A DNA stretch of 64,000 nucleotides, from the NCBI RefSeq assembly GCF_006345805.1, contig NC_043002.1:77190001-77254000 (forward strand), written 5' to 3'. Positions 26,520-37,530 of this stretch are shown here, one piece after another. Both the position numbers and the translations under genes were made by a program. The notes below the pieces were generated by a model. The model saw nothing but the letters and a program-made list of their open reading frames with translations, was not told the DNA's origin and did no database searches. Position 1 is the first letter of the stretch, and each line of letters begins with the position of its first letter. The DNA is from Octopus sinensis (Eukaryota).

Positions 26520-26615
26520 ATATATGAGTAAAGAATTCAATAATATTTCCAACTGTCCACACATCAAATATTATTTGAAGCATGCATAAGAAGCCACATA
26601 GTGACTGCCAACAAT
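26520..26615 (-). CDS. Putative 96-nt exon (xCWQSLCGFLCMLQIIFDVWTVGNIIEFFTHI)
   Basis: Acceptor ...ttttatatgattcctgacag| and a weaker donor tat|gtagga. Open hydrophobic frame, phase 1/1, compatible with 21394-21469. Confidence 0.3.
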
Positions 26616-26867
26616 CTGTCAGGAATCATATAAAATAAAATTTTCCATATCCATGGTTTTCTAAATGTGATTTGTCCCAAAAATGACGACTTTTCTTTCT
26701 CAATCTCTTTATATATATATATAAAAGAAAAAACCTTATTCTCCTATACAATATGCACATAGCATCCTATACTGATAGCATCACATCTAATTTAACATAG
26801 AGAACTTTACACCAACCCTTTGCAAACTGGAATCTTGATTCTGTTAAGAACATATTAACAATAGGCA

Positions 26868-27038
26868 CAGGTGTAGCTGTGTGGTAAGAATTTGCTTCCC
26901 AATCACATGATTCCAGGTTCAGGCCCTCTGCATGACACCTTGAGGAAGTGTCTTCTACTATAGCCTTGGGCTGACCAAAGGCTTGTGAGTGGATTTAGTA
27001 AATGGAAACTGAAAGAACCCCATTTTATATGTGCATTG

Positions 27039-27071
<33 letters not shown>

Positions 27072-27272
27072 ATCTATTGTCCCTCACCACTGCTTGACAA
27101 GTGGTGTTGGTGTGTTTACATATATATATATATATATATACGATGGGTTTCTTCCAGTTTCTGTCTACCAAATCCACTCACTGGTTGGCCCGAGGCTATA
27201 GTAGAAGACACTTGCCCCAAGGTGCCACGCAGTGGAATGGAACCCAGAACCACACAGCCACTCCTGCACCTA
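26868..27272. mobile_element. Two family B 5' halves in opposite orientation joined at a (TA)n tract
   Basis: 26868-27120 is plus and 27140-27272 is minus; the arms are mutually inverted. Confidence 0.8.
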
Positions 27273-27343
27273 TATATATGCGATTCAAAATAGGAACAAT
27301 AATAAACCACAAAATAAAGTTTTACTTTTCAAAATGAAACAAA

Positions 27344-27640
27344 CTAACAGTAAGATGGAAAATAATGTTTATTTTTGTATCCTTCCACTTTATTTATATT
27401 TGAAAAGTTTTCTTCTACTTTTTTATTAAGTGCAAAGTCTTTGATCAGATCCTCACTGTGATACCATGAACACTTTGAAATTATATTTCTGATCATATGG
27501 ACCATTTCTAATATTATTTTAGCAATTTTAAAGTGATTTCTTTTGTACTGTAAACCTTTTACCATTTCTGTGGTGTGCCACTTCCCTTGATGCCCTAAGC
27601 ATGTGCTTATTTTTGCTTAATGGTTAATCCAGCACTGGCC
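27344..27640 (-). pseudogene. Possible decayed hAT transposase C-terminus with a TIR-like end
   Basis: EDLIKDFA and frameshifted ERSFSKLKLLK..L-like remnants; cagtgctggattaac end at about 27622-27636. Confidence 0.35.
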
Positions 27641-28014
27641 TATGCAAACATGCACACACAAGCAAAAAGTTGAAAGTTAATGAATCTACTAGAACCTAAC
27701 CAAAATATAGGAACCAAAATTCAAAGATGAATAAATAACTTACTATCATGACATACCACTAGTTTGTAAACAACATTATTCCAGTCTTTATTGATTTAAC
27801 AAACAAGCAACACTCATGTTATAGCCATTGACTATGTTACATCTTTATGATGAAATGAACAAAACTGATAAATAGCCTTCCAGTATACAGCACTCAACAA
27901 TATTTACATATAAACTGCCACATATACCACTGGTGGTACATTGCTTAACTTCACACAACTAGTAACAGGCAGTGTGTTAAACTCTATTAAACTCTACATA
28001 TATTTAAAGATGTA

Positions 28015-28325
28015 GAGGTGCAATGGCCCAGTGGTTAGGGCAGTGGACTCATGGTCAGAGGATCGCGTTTTTGATTCCCAGACCGGGCGTTGTGTGTGTT
28101 TATTGAGTGAAAACACCTAAAGCTCCTCGAGGCTCCAGAGGGGGTGGTGGCGACCCCTGTTGTACTCTTTCGCCCCAACTTTCTCTCACTCTTTCTTCCT
28201 GTTTCTGAACTTACACTGCAATGGACTGGCATCCCGTTGAGCTGGGGGGAACACATACGCCATACAAACTGGGAAACCGGGCCCATGAGCCTGGCTAGGC
28301 TTGAAAACGGCGCATAAATAAAATA
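28015..28325 (+). mobile_element. tRNA-derived SINE with a Meta/V-domain-like central segment
   Basis: Head tggcccagtggttagggcag...ttgattccc; central gcaatggactggcatcccg...gaaaccgggccc; AT-rich tail. The domain assignment is from memory of these consensus sequences. Confidence 0.55.
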
Positions 28326-28679
28326 ATAATATTTAAAGATGGAGTAACCAACTGAAATTACATCTATCATGTGAACAAAAATTATTAGTGTTATCAACTG
28401 TTCTTGACAAAAATGTCATGGGAGAGAACTCTGAAATTTAAATTCAAAACAATTTAAATGGAGGAATGGAGTTTGATCTTTGATAGCTGTAGTTTTATTA
28501 GATGTTGTGGTTTTGTTTGTTCTCCTCAGCAAAGCATAATCTAGCATGTAGCAATCAGATCTTGAAAGACTTTGAAAAGATATCATTACAAATTTAATGT
28601 AAGTAAAAGATATCATTACAAATTTAATGTAAGTAAACCAAAAAGAAATTATTTTCATGAATTGAAAATATACCTGGTA

Positions 28680-28830
28680 AAGTGGATGGTGTTACGAAGA
28701 GCATCCAGCCATAAAAACCATGCCAAAACAGACTGTGAGGTTTGGTGCAGTCCCCTGTCTTGCCAGCCTCTGTCAAACCATTCAACCCATGTCAGCATGG
28801 AAGACGGATTTTAAATGATGATGATGATGA
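28680..28830 (+). mobile_element. Family C / RTE-type 3' end with a (GAT)n tail
   Basis: ccattcaacccatgtcagcatggaagacggattttaaatgatgatg. Confidence 0.8.
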
Positions 28831-30648
28831 ATAAGAAGAGGTTATTCTTGTCAGTGGTGGGTGGGGGTAGTAGAAAGGGCTCTGAATATATGTGACATGC
28901 CTCGAGAATAAATCAAACCAGGAGTATATGCAATTAACATGGTCTGTCAGTCACTCCCAAATGTGCAACTACTTATCTCTCCCCTCATGCCAATCGGTAG
29001 GAGGCAGATAGCCAGTTGGTAAGACAACTTGCCCATTCTCTATAACACAACTATGCTATTGAACATGTATTGATTTTTTGTTTTTATTTTTACTTTTGGC
29101 TGGGCCCAAGAGTCTGTTTATAAATAGTTAAGCGGAAAAAAGTCATTTGACTTGCTGTGTGTTCTTGATACTGATTTACCAATTCCAAAGATAAAAGGTT
29201 AAAAGCAATCTCTGTGGAATTTGAATACAGAATTATGAGGTAGCCAAGTCAATAATGGAAATCACAAAGTCTGGCTTATTTTTCCTCCCTGCTTCATCAA
29301 TACCTAGTTTAATCTTCATAATCCTTTTGAACCAATCTATATTCTATGATATCTTATCAAAGAACTATATTAGTATTGTCCCATAAACTGTTTTATACCT
29401 GAAATCAGCAAAAGATTGAATTAATTATAGAAAAGGCTGTTGCTTTTTTCTTTTGTTTTTATTCATTTAAAGGAGAGATGAATACTTATATATTATTTAT
29501 TTATTTAATAATATAACATTTTTCCCCCTTACAAAATATAACCATTTCTTTTGTTATTTTTTTCTCCTGCTATTTTTCTTTACCTCATCTCTAGACTCAA
29601 TCACATAAAAAAGGAAAATAATAATAGTGAAGTTGTAAAAAAGGAAAAATAAATTGTAGATAAAAACCAGGAAAAAACAAACAAAAAAGACAAGTCACCA
29701 AACTCTAACCACCCTCTCTCCCTGCCAACTATCTATTTACCTACCACTCACCCTGCTCCCCTCTGCTATCCATTGATTCTAAACGCTTAATTATTTTAGC
29801 AGATGCAGCAACAGTAATAAATTATCCCTGTAACAAAAGCTTAAAAATCCTGCCGAAAATATAAGGGGGGAAAAAAAATCCCCATCCTTGCTCTATAAAA
29901 AAAAACCCACAAAAACTTCTAACCTGTTCAACAGGAATCTATAGAGCTGAGTTCCTGTAAGCAGATTTGCCAGTTTCCACTAGTAACTCTATTAAAGAAA
30001 AAAAGAGAAAAAAGACTACTACTACTACTACTACAACTACTGATAACAATCTTCTGTTTCATATATACTCCTTATCCAATAGAAAGGGAAGAGTAGGAAG
30101 TCCTGAATTTTTTTCCCTACTTGCTTTATTATTTCTCTCCCTATCCCCTTCCCCTCTCTTTCTTCTTTTTCTTCTTCTTTATCTTCCAAATATCCAAATA
30201 TTGAGTCATAGTTCCTCTCTGAATGTGAACAGATGCAATTCCCATTTCACTTTCTTTTTCAAATTGTTTGTTTTTATAGATTTCTTGAATTCTTTTTTAT
30301 TCCATTTTATTTATTTATTTATTCATTTTTATTTTTATTTTTTGTCTTTTGCATCATTTTTTGGCAAGGTAGATGAGGGAGGAAGAATTTCTTCCTATTT
30401 ACTTTTTAATTCCTAATTTTAATTTTAATTTTTTCCAGTTTTTTAACTTTCTTAATTTTAATTTCCCACTTCTACCATTTTCCACGATTTATAACTGAGA
30501 TTCTATAAATACAATCTACAATTCAACTCTACTGGAATTATTCTATACCTGTTTCAGATATCCTAAAGTAAGGTAAAATTAGTTCTTCTATATAGTTAAA
30601 GCTTTGGACATTTTTTTGTAATTTTTTCACCAAAGTTTTCATCTGCTA

Positions 30649-30874
30649 GTAACCCTTTAGCATTTAAGCTGAGCAAACACAGCCAAAATATTCAACCTAT
30701 TTTATGTTCAAACTGGCTAGATCCTGCCTCTCATACCTCCCCTACAATACCATTCTGAAAATAAATGATCACATCATTGAAATCTTGAAGCTACAAGATA
30801 ATGCATGATTAATTCATAACAATGTGAATAAATAAGTATTACACTTGACAGAGTTAATTGAATACTACAGATAG
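30649..30874. mobile_element. piggyBac-like MITE (degenerate right end)
   Basis: Left end (g)taaccctttagcatt; the right end tgaatactacagatag resembles a decayed tgaatgctaaagggttaa. Confidence 0.5.
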
Positions 30875-31403
30875 ACAAGAAATATATACATGCATATATA
30901 AACACACATACACTCACACACACATACACACACACACACACACATGGACACTCTCACACATCCATGCACACATACTCACACACATTCACACATGCACACA
31001 CACACACACATGCATGCACATGTGCATAATATCTGATTGGTCCTTACATGGTTTTGTACTTGCACACACACACAAACACACACATACACACAGAGTATTT
31101 GGTCCTTGCACCAAATTTCTAACTCATAGAACATTGGTGTCAACAAAAGATTGTGTAGAAAGATATTCACCTAAGGTATCACAGAGTGGAATTGAACCCC
31201 AGAACTTGCATTTCTTGTAGTTTTGTTTCCCCATCTTTACTACATATCGCAACTATGCTAGATACAGCAGGATATTGCTATGGTTTAGTCTCAAGTTTAG
31301 TCTCAGGCCAAGTAGACCGATAATGAAAAGTATTACTTGAAGATTGGGAACATGAAGCTTAATGTTATTTGAGAAGATTCAACTTTAAAATAATAATAAT
31401 AAT

Positions 31404-31610
31404 AGGAATGATAGCAAAAGCGGCTGTTGCTACCTAGCTCAGATACCAGGAAACGCCAAAATGACAGAAATTCAAAAGATAGTGCTTATGGGAACTGCCC
31501 ATATCCTATGTAAAATACTGTCTATGTAATCTCAAATTTAAAAACAAACTCGTAGTTTTCTTGTTTTTTTAAACATTCTCTAGAACAATACTATGTGCAA
31601 AACCAAAGAA
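31404..31610 (+). pseudogene. 5'-truncated 3' end of an R4/Dong-like non-LTR retrotransposon
   Basis: GMIAK/(frameshift)GCCYLAQIPGNAKMTEIQKIVLMGTAHILCKILSM* resembles the REL-clade C-terminus (LQKxVLLGTAxILRKVL); it is preceded by (TAA)n. Confidence 0.65.
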
Positions 31611-31611
31611 T

Positions 31612-31615
31612 AGAC

Positions 31616-31678
<63 letters not shown>

Positions 31679-31735
31679 CAAACCGACAGACAGACAGACA
31701 GACAGACAGACAGAGAGACAGACAGACAGACAGAC

Positions 31736-31789
<54 letters not shown>

Positions 31790-31870
31790 ACAGATAGATA
31801 GATAGACAGATGGATAAATAGTTAGATAGATAGATAGACAGACAGACAGATAGATAGATAAGACAGACAG
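31612..31870. repeat. (GATA)n/(GACA)n compound microsatellite
   Basis: Directly visible. Confidence 0.98.
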
Positions 31871-32489
31871 AATTTACATTAACCAGGTGATACCTTACAA
31901 CCATACAACTTGACAGTTTTGTATTTCTTATATTCTTTCAATGGCCTTTGAAGAAATTTAAGACTATATTGAAACAATTGCACAGTTGTAAGGCATCAGT
32001 TGATTAATATAGCTGTTGTTGTTATTATTATCATTATTTTATTTTGTTTTGCTTTTAAGCTGGTTTCTTTAAATGCAGTGACTTTCATGTGTCCACTCTT
32101 CAAATAATGCCTTTGATCATAAGTCTTCTCAATCTTGACTTCAGTCGAGACCAAATCACAACTGCTAAATCTAACATATTTGTGCTATGAATACATGCAC
32201 GTACACACACACGCACAAATACATATATATATATATTACAGATATATATATAATAATGTTACTGCTTAATCCTTCCTAGAATTAAGATTGAATGAATGTG
32301 GTGATATCTAAGGAACGTTTGTTCCCAAACAACACTCATTTTAGTGCTGTTGACAGAGCCAGATGGAATGGTACTGCCCAGGTGTTGAAACCATAGTGAT
32401 ATACATGGAGCAGCTGATGATGTAGGTATGTTGGATTGTTGGTGTGGGTGTTATTGTATGTGCAGAATAGTTTTATAACACATCATTTG

Positions 32490-32552
<63 letters not shown>

Positions 32553-32657
32553 AAATGTATATATATGTGTGTGTGTATATATGTGTGTGTATGTGTGTGT
32601 GTATATATATATATATTTAAATGTATATATATATGTGTGTGTGTATATATGTGTGTA

Positions 32658-32696
<39 letters not shown>

Positions 32697-33190
32697 ATAG
32701 CAAATAAAAGACAGAAGATGGCATATACAAGAATATATCATTTATCGCAACAATTGTTTCGACACAAATAGCATATATCTGAACTCCCTTGTCCGAAAAT
32801 ATAAGGACACAGATAGTGTGTCATATAGCCAGCAGGAGACGATACTTCTTGGGGCTAAATAACAGTAACAATTGTCCTAACCAGGACTTCCACATCTTGT
32901 TGGCAAATAATCTTTACATCTAGAGTATTGTTACTGAATGTCACTCATTCAAAGATTTTAAAATAATAATTTTATATATCTATATTTTTATTATGTATAT
33001 AAGTATGTTGGTACAAACAAGAAAAATAAAACTCAAAATATGATTATATGTATGTATTTTATCAATATTTAGCAGAAGTAACAGTGTGGCTTGAGGTCTG
33101 AGAGTTTCGTGCATTGATAAGTGCCAATGCACAAAATTCTTGAACCTAGAGTCATTCCATTATCTCTGCTAAATATTAATATACATACAT

Positions 33191-33225
<35 letters not shown>

Positions 33226-33248
33226 CATACACATATATATATATACAT

Positions 33249-33299
<51 letters not shown>

Positions 33300-33303
<4 letters not shown>

Positions 33304-34489
33304 ATAATGTTCGTCCTTCGGTTCGAAGATGACCAACTGACATCATCTGATGGAACCGCCGCCATGAGACCTGAGGTGGCTGGTGAGGCCAATCCGGGCA
33401 AGGAAGCCCCTCCCACAGGTGGGGCAGAAGTGGGTAGGGGCCGTGCTACTGGTGCAGGCGGCTCTGGCTTTACGCATCTGACGTTTCTGCTCCGCTGACC
33501 GAATCCGTCCCTCCTCGGCTGTCCCTGCTCCCACGGTGATTGCGCTGCGCCAGGATAAGCGGTTGGCAGCAAGTGTCTCCCAGGTCTCTGTTCCGATGGA
33601 GAAGTCTTTGAGAGAGACCTTGAGACTATCCTTGTAGCGCTTCTTCTGCCCTCCGACTTTGCACCTGCCCTGGCCGAGTTCACCATAGAAGAGCTGTTTT
33701 GGGATGCGAGTGTCGGACATGCGGGAGACGTGGCCCGCCCATCTCAGCTGGGCCTTGCGCATGATTGTGATGGTGCTAGGGAGATCTGCCTGCTTCAGAA
33801 CTTCCGTGTCTGGGACTTTGTCCTTCCAGCGGATGTGAAGGAGGTTCCGAAGACACCTGAGATGGAAGTGGTTTATCTGGCGCTCGTGTCTTCGGTAAGC
33901 AGTCCACGTCTCGCAGCCGTATAGTAGGGTGGTAAGCACGACTGCCCGGTAGACTTTCAGCTTGGTGTTGAGGCTGATTCCTCTCCGCTCCCAGACTTTC
34001 TTTCGCAGTCTCCCAAACGCGCTGCTTGCCTTGGAGATTCTGTTGATGGTTTCAGCATCTATGTTGGCATTGCAGGAGAGAGTGCTGCCCAGGTAGGTGA
34101 AGTTTTCCACCACTCGTAGGATCCGTCCGTTCACCCTTATCTGAGGCTCATGGTATTGTTTGCCGGGGGCTGGCTGAAACATCACTTCGGTTTTCTTGGC
34201 ACTGATGGTGAGACCGAAGTTGTCACAGGCTGATGAGAATCTGTCCATCTCGAGCTGCATCTCCTGCTCATCGATTGCATTAAGGGCGCAGTCGTCAGCA
34301 AAGAGAAAGTCTCTGACGACTGTCTCCCTCACCTTTGTGACAGCCTGCAATCTTCTGGAGTTGAAAAGTTTCCCGTCTGTCCTGTACTTGATGTCAATAC
34401 CGGACTTGCAGTCCCTAAAGGCGTCGGACAGCATTGCCGAGAACATGATGCTGAACAGTGTTGGGGCCAGGACACAGCCCTGCCTGACT
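33300..34489 (-). mobile_element. Young 5'-truncated RTE (BovB-like) LINE inserted in a (TA)n tract
   Basis: GC-rich island with an uninterrupted ORF; short 3' UTR with a cttcg-aac-cgaag stem-loop; (TA)n on both flanks. Confidence 0.95.
33343..34488 (-). CDS. RTE LINE ORF, C-terminal 381 aa: reverse transcriptase (VRQGCVLAPTLF, FLFADD, FTYLGS) plus a C-terminal C2H2-like finger (CPTCGRGFLARIGLTSHLRSH)
   Basis: ORF track 33343..34524. Its first 12 codons come from the flanking (TA)n and are not part of the element. Confidence 0.95.
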   Translation of the reverse strand, partial: VRQGCVLAPTLFSIMFSAMLSDAFRDCKSGIDIKYRTDGKLFNSRRLQAVTKVRETVVRDFLFADDCALNAIDEQEMQLEMDRFSSACDNFGLTISAKKTEVMFQPAPGKQYHEPQIRVNGRILRVVENFTYLGSTLSCNANIDAETINRISKASSAFGRLRKKVWERRGISLNTKLKVYRAVVLTTLLYGCETWTAYRRHERQINHFHLRCLRNLLHIRWKDKVPDTEVLKQADLPSTITIMRKAQLRWAGHVSRMSDTRIPKQLFYGELGQGRCKVGGQKKRYKDSLKVSLKDFSIGTETWETLAANRLSWRSAITVGAGTAEEGRIRSAEQKRQMRKARAACTSSTAPTHFCPTCGRGFLARIGLTSHLRSHGGGSIR

Positions 34490-34510
34490 ATATATATATA
34501 CATATATATA

Positions 34511-34679
34511 TAGCCACTACACATTCTTTATTTTCTCTCCTTGTTTCTATCTGTGGAAGAGCGTAGGCTCGAAACGTTAAAGACTTTTTTACTTCCCCTT
34601 CCCGAGCGTTATACTAATACATTTGTTTGTTGTCTACACCACATGTCTTTGTCTTTTGGGGTTTTTTTGTGAATTTTCC

Positions 34680-34680
<1 letters not shown>
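34511..34680 (+). mobile_element. Penelope-like terminal-repeat fragment with a hammerhead-like motif
   Basis: Close paralog at about 44676-44878; both copies are flanked by (TA)n. Confidence 0.65.
34547..34582 (+). ncRNA. Hammerhead-like motif with the variant core CUGUGGA
   Basis: CUAU-CUGUGGA-A-GAGC[GUAG]GCUC-GAA-ACGU-U/AAAG; A6 is replaced by U. Confidence 0.55.
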
Positions 34681-34713
<33 letters not shown>

Positions 34714-34757
34714 ATAATAGAGAGAGAGAGGGAGAGATGGATAGATAGGATAGATAA

Positions 34758-34838
<81 letters not shown>

Positions 34839-35404
34839 GATATGAATGCACACACATGTGTGTAAGTGCATATCATGGGTATCTTGGGTTTAAATGATAT
34901 CCACATTTGTTGGCTACATATGATACACACATTATAGATTTTCAATATATACATGACATATCAGTGTTATGAGCTTGTTATGAATAGCACACTTGATATA
35001 AATTGCAAGCATTATAATATATCCCGTTACATAACTGCACAAAATAAAACTAGAATTTTCTTCAATCAATAATATGCATAGTATCATTGATTGTGAATTG
35101 AGTTGTGAACCCAAAGGATAAGCTTCAAGGCCAATAGAATTAATATTTAGTTGTGTAAATGAGATACTGAAATGAATAATTTTCTTACGGAGCTAGTGAC
35201 TTATTATACAATTTGAAGGGAATAGGGAAAAAAAAATTATCCTTTTTTTCTTTATTTCACACCAGCTATAATTATGACACTAAAAAGATGAGTTGAAAGA
35301 TCCTCTGTATGGTTGTTTGACCTCCTAGAATTGGCAGTCAAATCGTGTTCAAATCACTACTTGCTGTTTTAAAGTTGGGAGGGACACATTGAACATCATC
35401 ATTG

Positions 35405-35436
<32 letters not shown>

Positions 35437-35844
35437 GTCATCTTTGTTGCTGTTTTAAAGTCCACATTTCCATATATACATTGGCTTGGGCAAAATTTAA
35501 TGAAGCAGATTTTCTGTGACTGGATAACCTTCCTCTTCCTGACTCTCATCTGTTTCCAAGCAATATATTTCCTCATGACCAGACATGTTCAGGCAGAATA
35601 TCAGAAACAAACAACACAACTCATATCAGAGTGACAATCATTTACAACCATCATGCAATGTCAAGACAATGAGACACAAACAGACTCACACTGAGCAGTC
35701 AATAAGTAGAATCATTACAGCCTTGTTTAGTCTTAACCCTTTACATTCTGGGTTCAAACCCTGCTGAGGTCAGCTTAACCTTTCATCTTACAGGAGTCAA
35801 TTTGACCAACAAACCTTCTCCCTGTTAATTTCAGACCTTGCACC

Positions 35845-36263
35845 AATGTTATTTTTACTTTTACTTGTTTCAGTCATTTGACTGTGGCCATGCTGGAGCA
35901 CCACCTTTCGTCGAGCAAATTGACTCCAGGACTTATTCTTTGGAAGCCTAGAACTTATTCTATCGGTCTCTTTTACTGAACCACTAAGTTATGGGGACGT
36001 AAACACACCAGCATCAGTTGTCAAGCGATGCTGGGGGGTGGGGGAGAACAAACACAGACACAAACATATACACACACATACATATATATATATATACATA
36101 TATACGACGGGCTTCTTTCAGTTTCTATCTACCAAATCCACTCACAAGGCTTTGATCAGTCCGAGGCTATAGTAGAAGACACTTGCCCATGGTGTCAGGC
36201 AGTGGGACTGAACCCAGAACCATGTGGTTTGTAAGCAAGCTACTTACCACACAGCCACTCCTG
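35845..36263 (-). mobile_element. Family B SINE, full length
   Basis: Consensus match. Confidence 0.9.
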
Positions 36264-36426
36264 TGGCTAAACATTTATTTATTTATATGTTTCTCAACTA
36301 TCTCCCAAAGAATGGAACTACACAAACTCATAATAACATATGAGTTTATGTTACATTGTCATTCCTATCATATTTTCTACAGCATACATATTTCTAGGAT
36401 TCATAAGTTTTATATTTTATTTAAGT

Positions 36427-36815
36427 ACTAGCAGTATCGCCCGGCGTTGCTCAGGTTTGTAAGGGAAATAACTATAAAGCATTTTTAGAGAGTTATAGCC
36501 AAAAAATAGCAAAAAAATGAGAAAAAAATGATGGTAAATTTTTTTTTGAGAGTAAAAAAAGGTTGAGTTGCGTCCCCTAGACAGTCTGTGGTTTGTTTTT
36601 TTTTATTCTCGACCCCATGTCGAATTTATCGATTTTTTTCAGAACTGGGGGAACTTTTCAAAATTTTCGCTGCGTTAGTTTTGAATTATGACATTGGGCT
36701 ATGTGTGTGTCAAGTTTCATCAGAATCGGTTGAAAGCCGTGGTCAGGGTGAGGGTACGAGAAAACAGACACACAGAAACACGCACAGACAAACTGCCGTT
36801 TATATAGAGAGAGAT
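36427..36815 (+). mobile_element. Non-autonomous Helentron/HINE-like rolling-circle element
   Basis: 5' end ACTAGCAGTATCGCCCGGCGTTGCTCAGG with a short subterminal palindrome; 3' end acaaactgccgtttatatagagagagat followed by a T-run; no TIR or TSD. Classified by resemblance to Lep1/HINE-type ends. Confidence 0.55.
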
Positions 36816-37149
36816 TTTTATGCTGATAATATTAGAGACACTTTTAAGCATCAAAATTGCACCAGGTGTGTCTTGGGAGAACAATCCTGCCAAAAAGGCA
36901 TAAAACGTAGCAAAAAAAAAACATAACGATGTACCATCCATTTATCAGCCAACATCCACAGAATATAACTTGTTGATAACTTTTGTTTATTTTACTTGGT
37001 TTTTGTATTTGGTTTGCAAGGTTCTTTATGTGAATTCGTGTGTTGGAGTATATTTTGTTGTGTCTGGAGAAAATCATTCTGTTTTAATTCCTTATTAATT
37101 AACACACTCACTGGTTTGATTTCCATTCATTTACTTAATTATTTTTTTT

Positions 37150-37188
37150 CCTAAAATTTTTGTTGCTTCTCGCAACCTCTTCAATAAA
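37150..37188 (-). ncRNA. Decayed hammerhead-like motif at the edge of a Penelope-like terminal repeat (about 36945-37190)
   Basis: UUUA-UUGAAGA-G-GUUGC[GAGAA]GCAAC-AAA-AAUU-U/UAGG; C3 is replaced by U and G12 by A. Confidence 0.5.
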
Positions 37189-37297
37189 CCTCTGTTTATC
37201 TATATTTAAAATTGCTAGCCTTCACTTTCATCCTCTGAATCTTGTACTACAGTATATGACTAAATCTGAGCATTTTCAATTCCCTCTCTCCACCCTC

Positions 37298-37530
37298 TTA
37301 ACCCTTTTGATACCAACACGCTGAAACCACCTCTGGCTCTGTAGTACAAATGTCTTGTTTTCAAAAGTTCTGAATTAAAATCTTCCACCAAACTTTAGTC
37401 ACAATGTATTTTCCTAACACTAGCTAAATGATAACAAAGTTGTTTTGCTAAATTCTTTGTTATATATAAAATTAATTGAAAAACAAAAACACAGAGCATC
37501 TCAACAGAAATACAGTAACAAAATGGTTAA
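37298..37530. mobile_element. piggyBac-like MITE with TTAA TSDs
   Basis: ttaa|cccttttgatacc ... cagtaacaaaatgg|ttaa; an inverted paralog lies at 41890-42117. Confidence 0.8.

Noticed and set aside
27344-27565. 73-aa ORF as a host exon
   Set aside because: Its acceptor context is poor; it is better explained as a decayed hAT transposase C-terminus next to a TIR-like end.
32362-32426. Plus-strand exon candidate ending tag|gtatgt
   Set aside because: Every frame contains a stop, and no partner exons were found.
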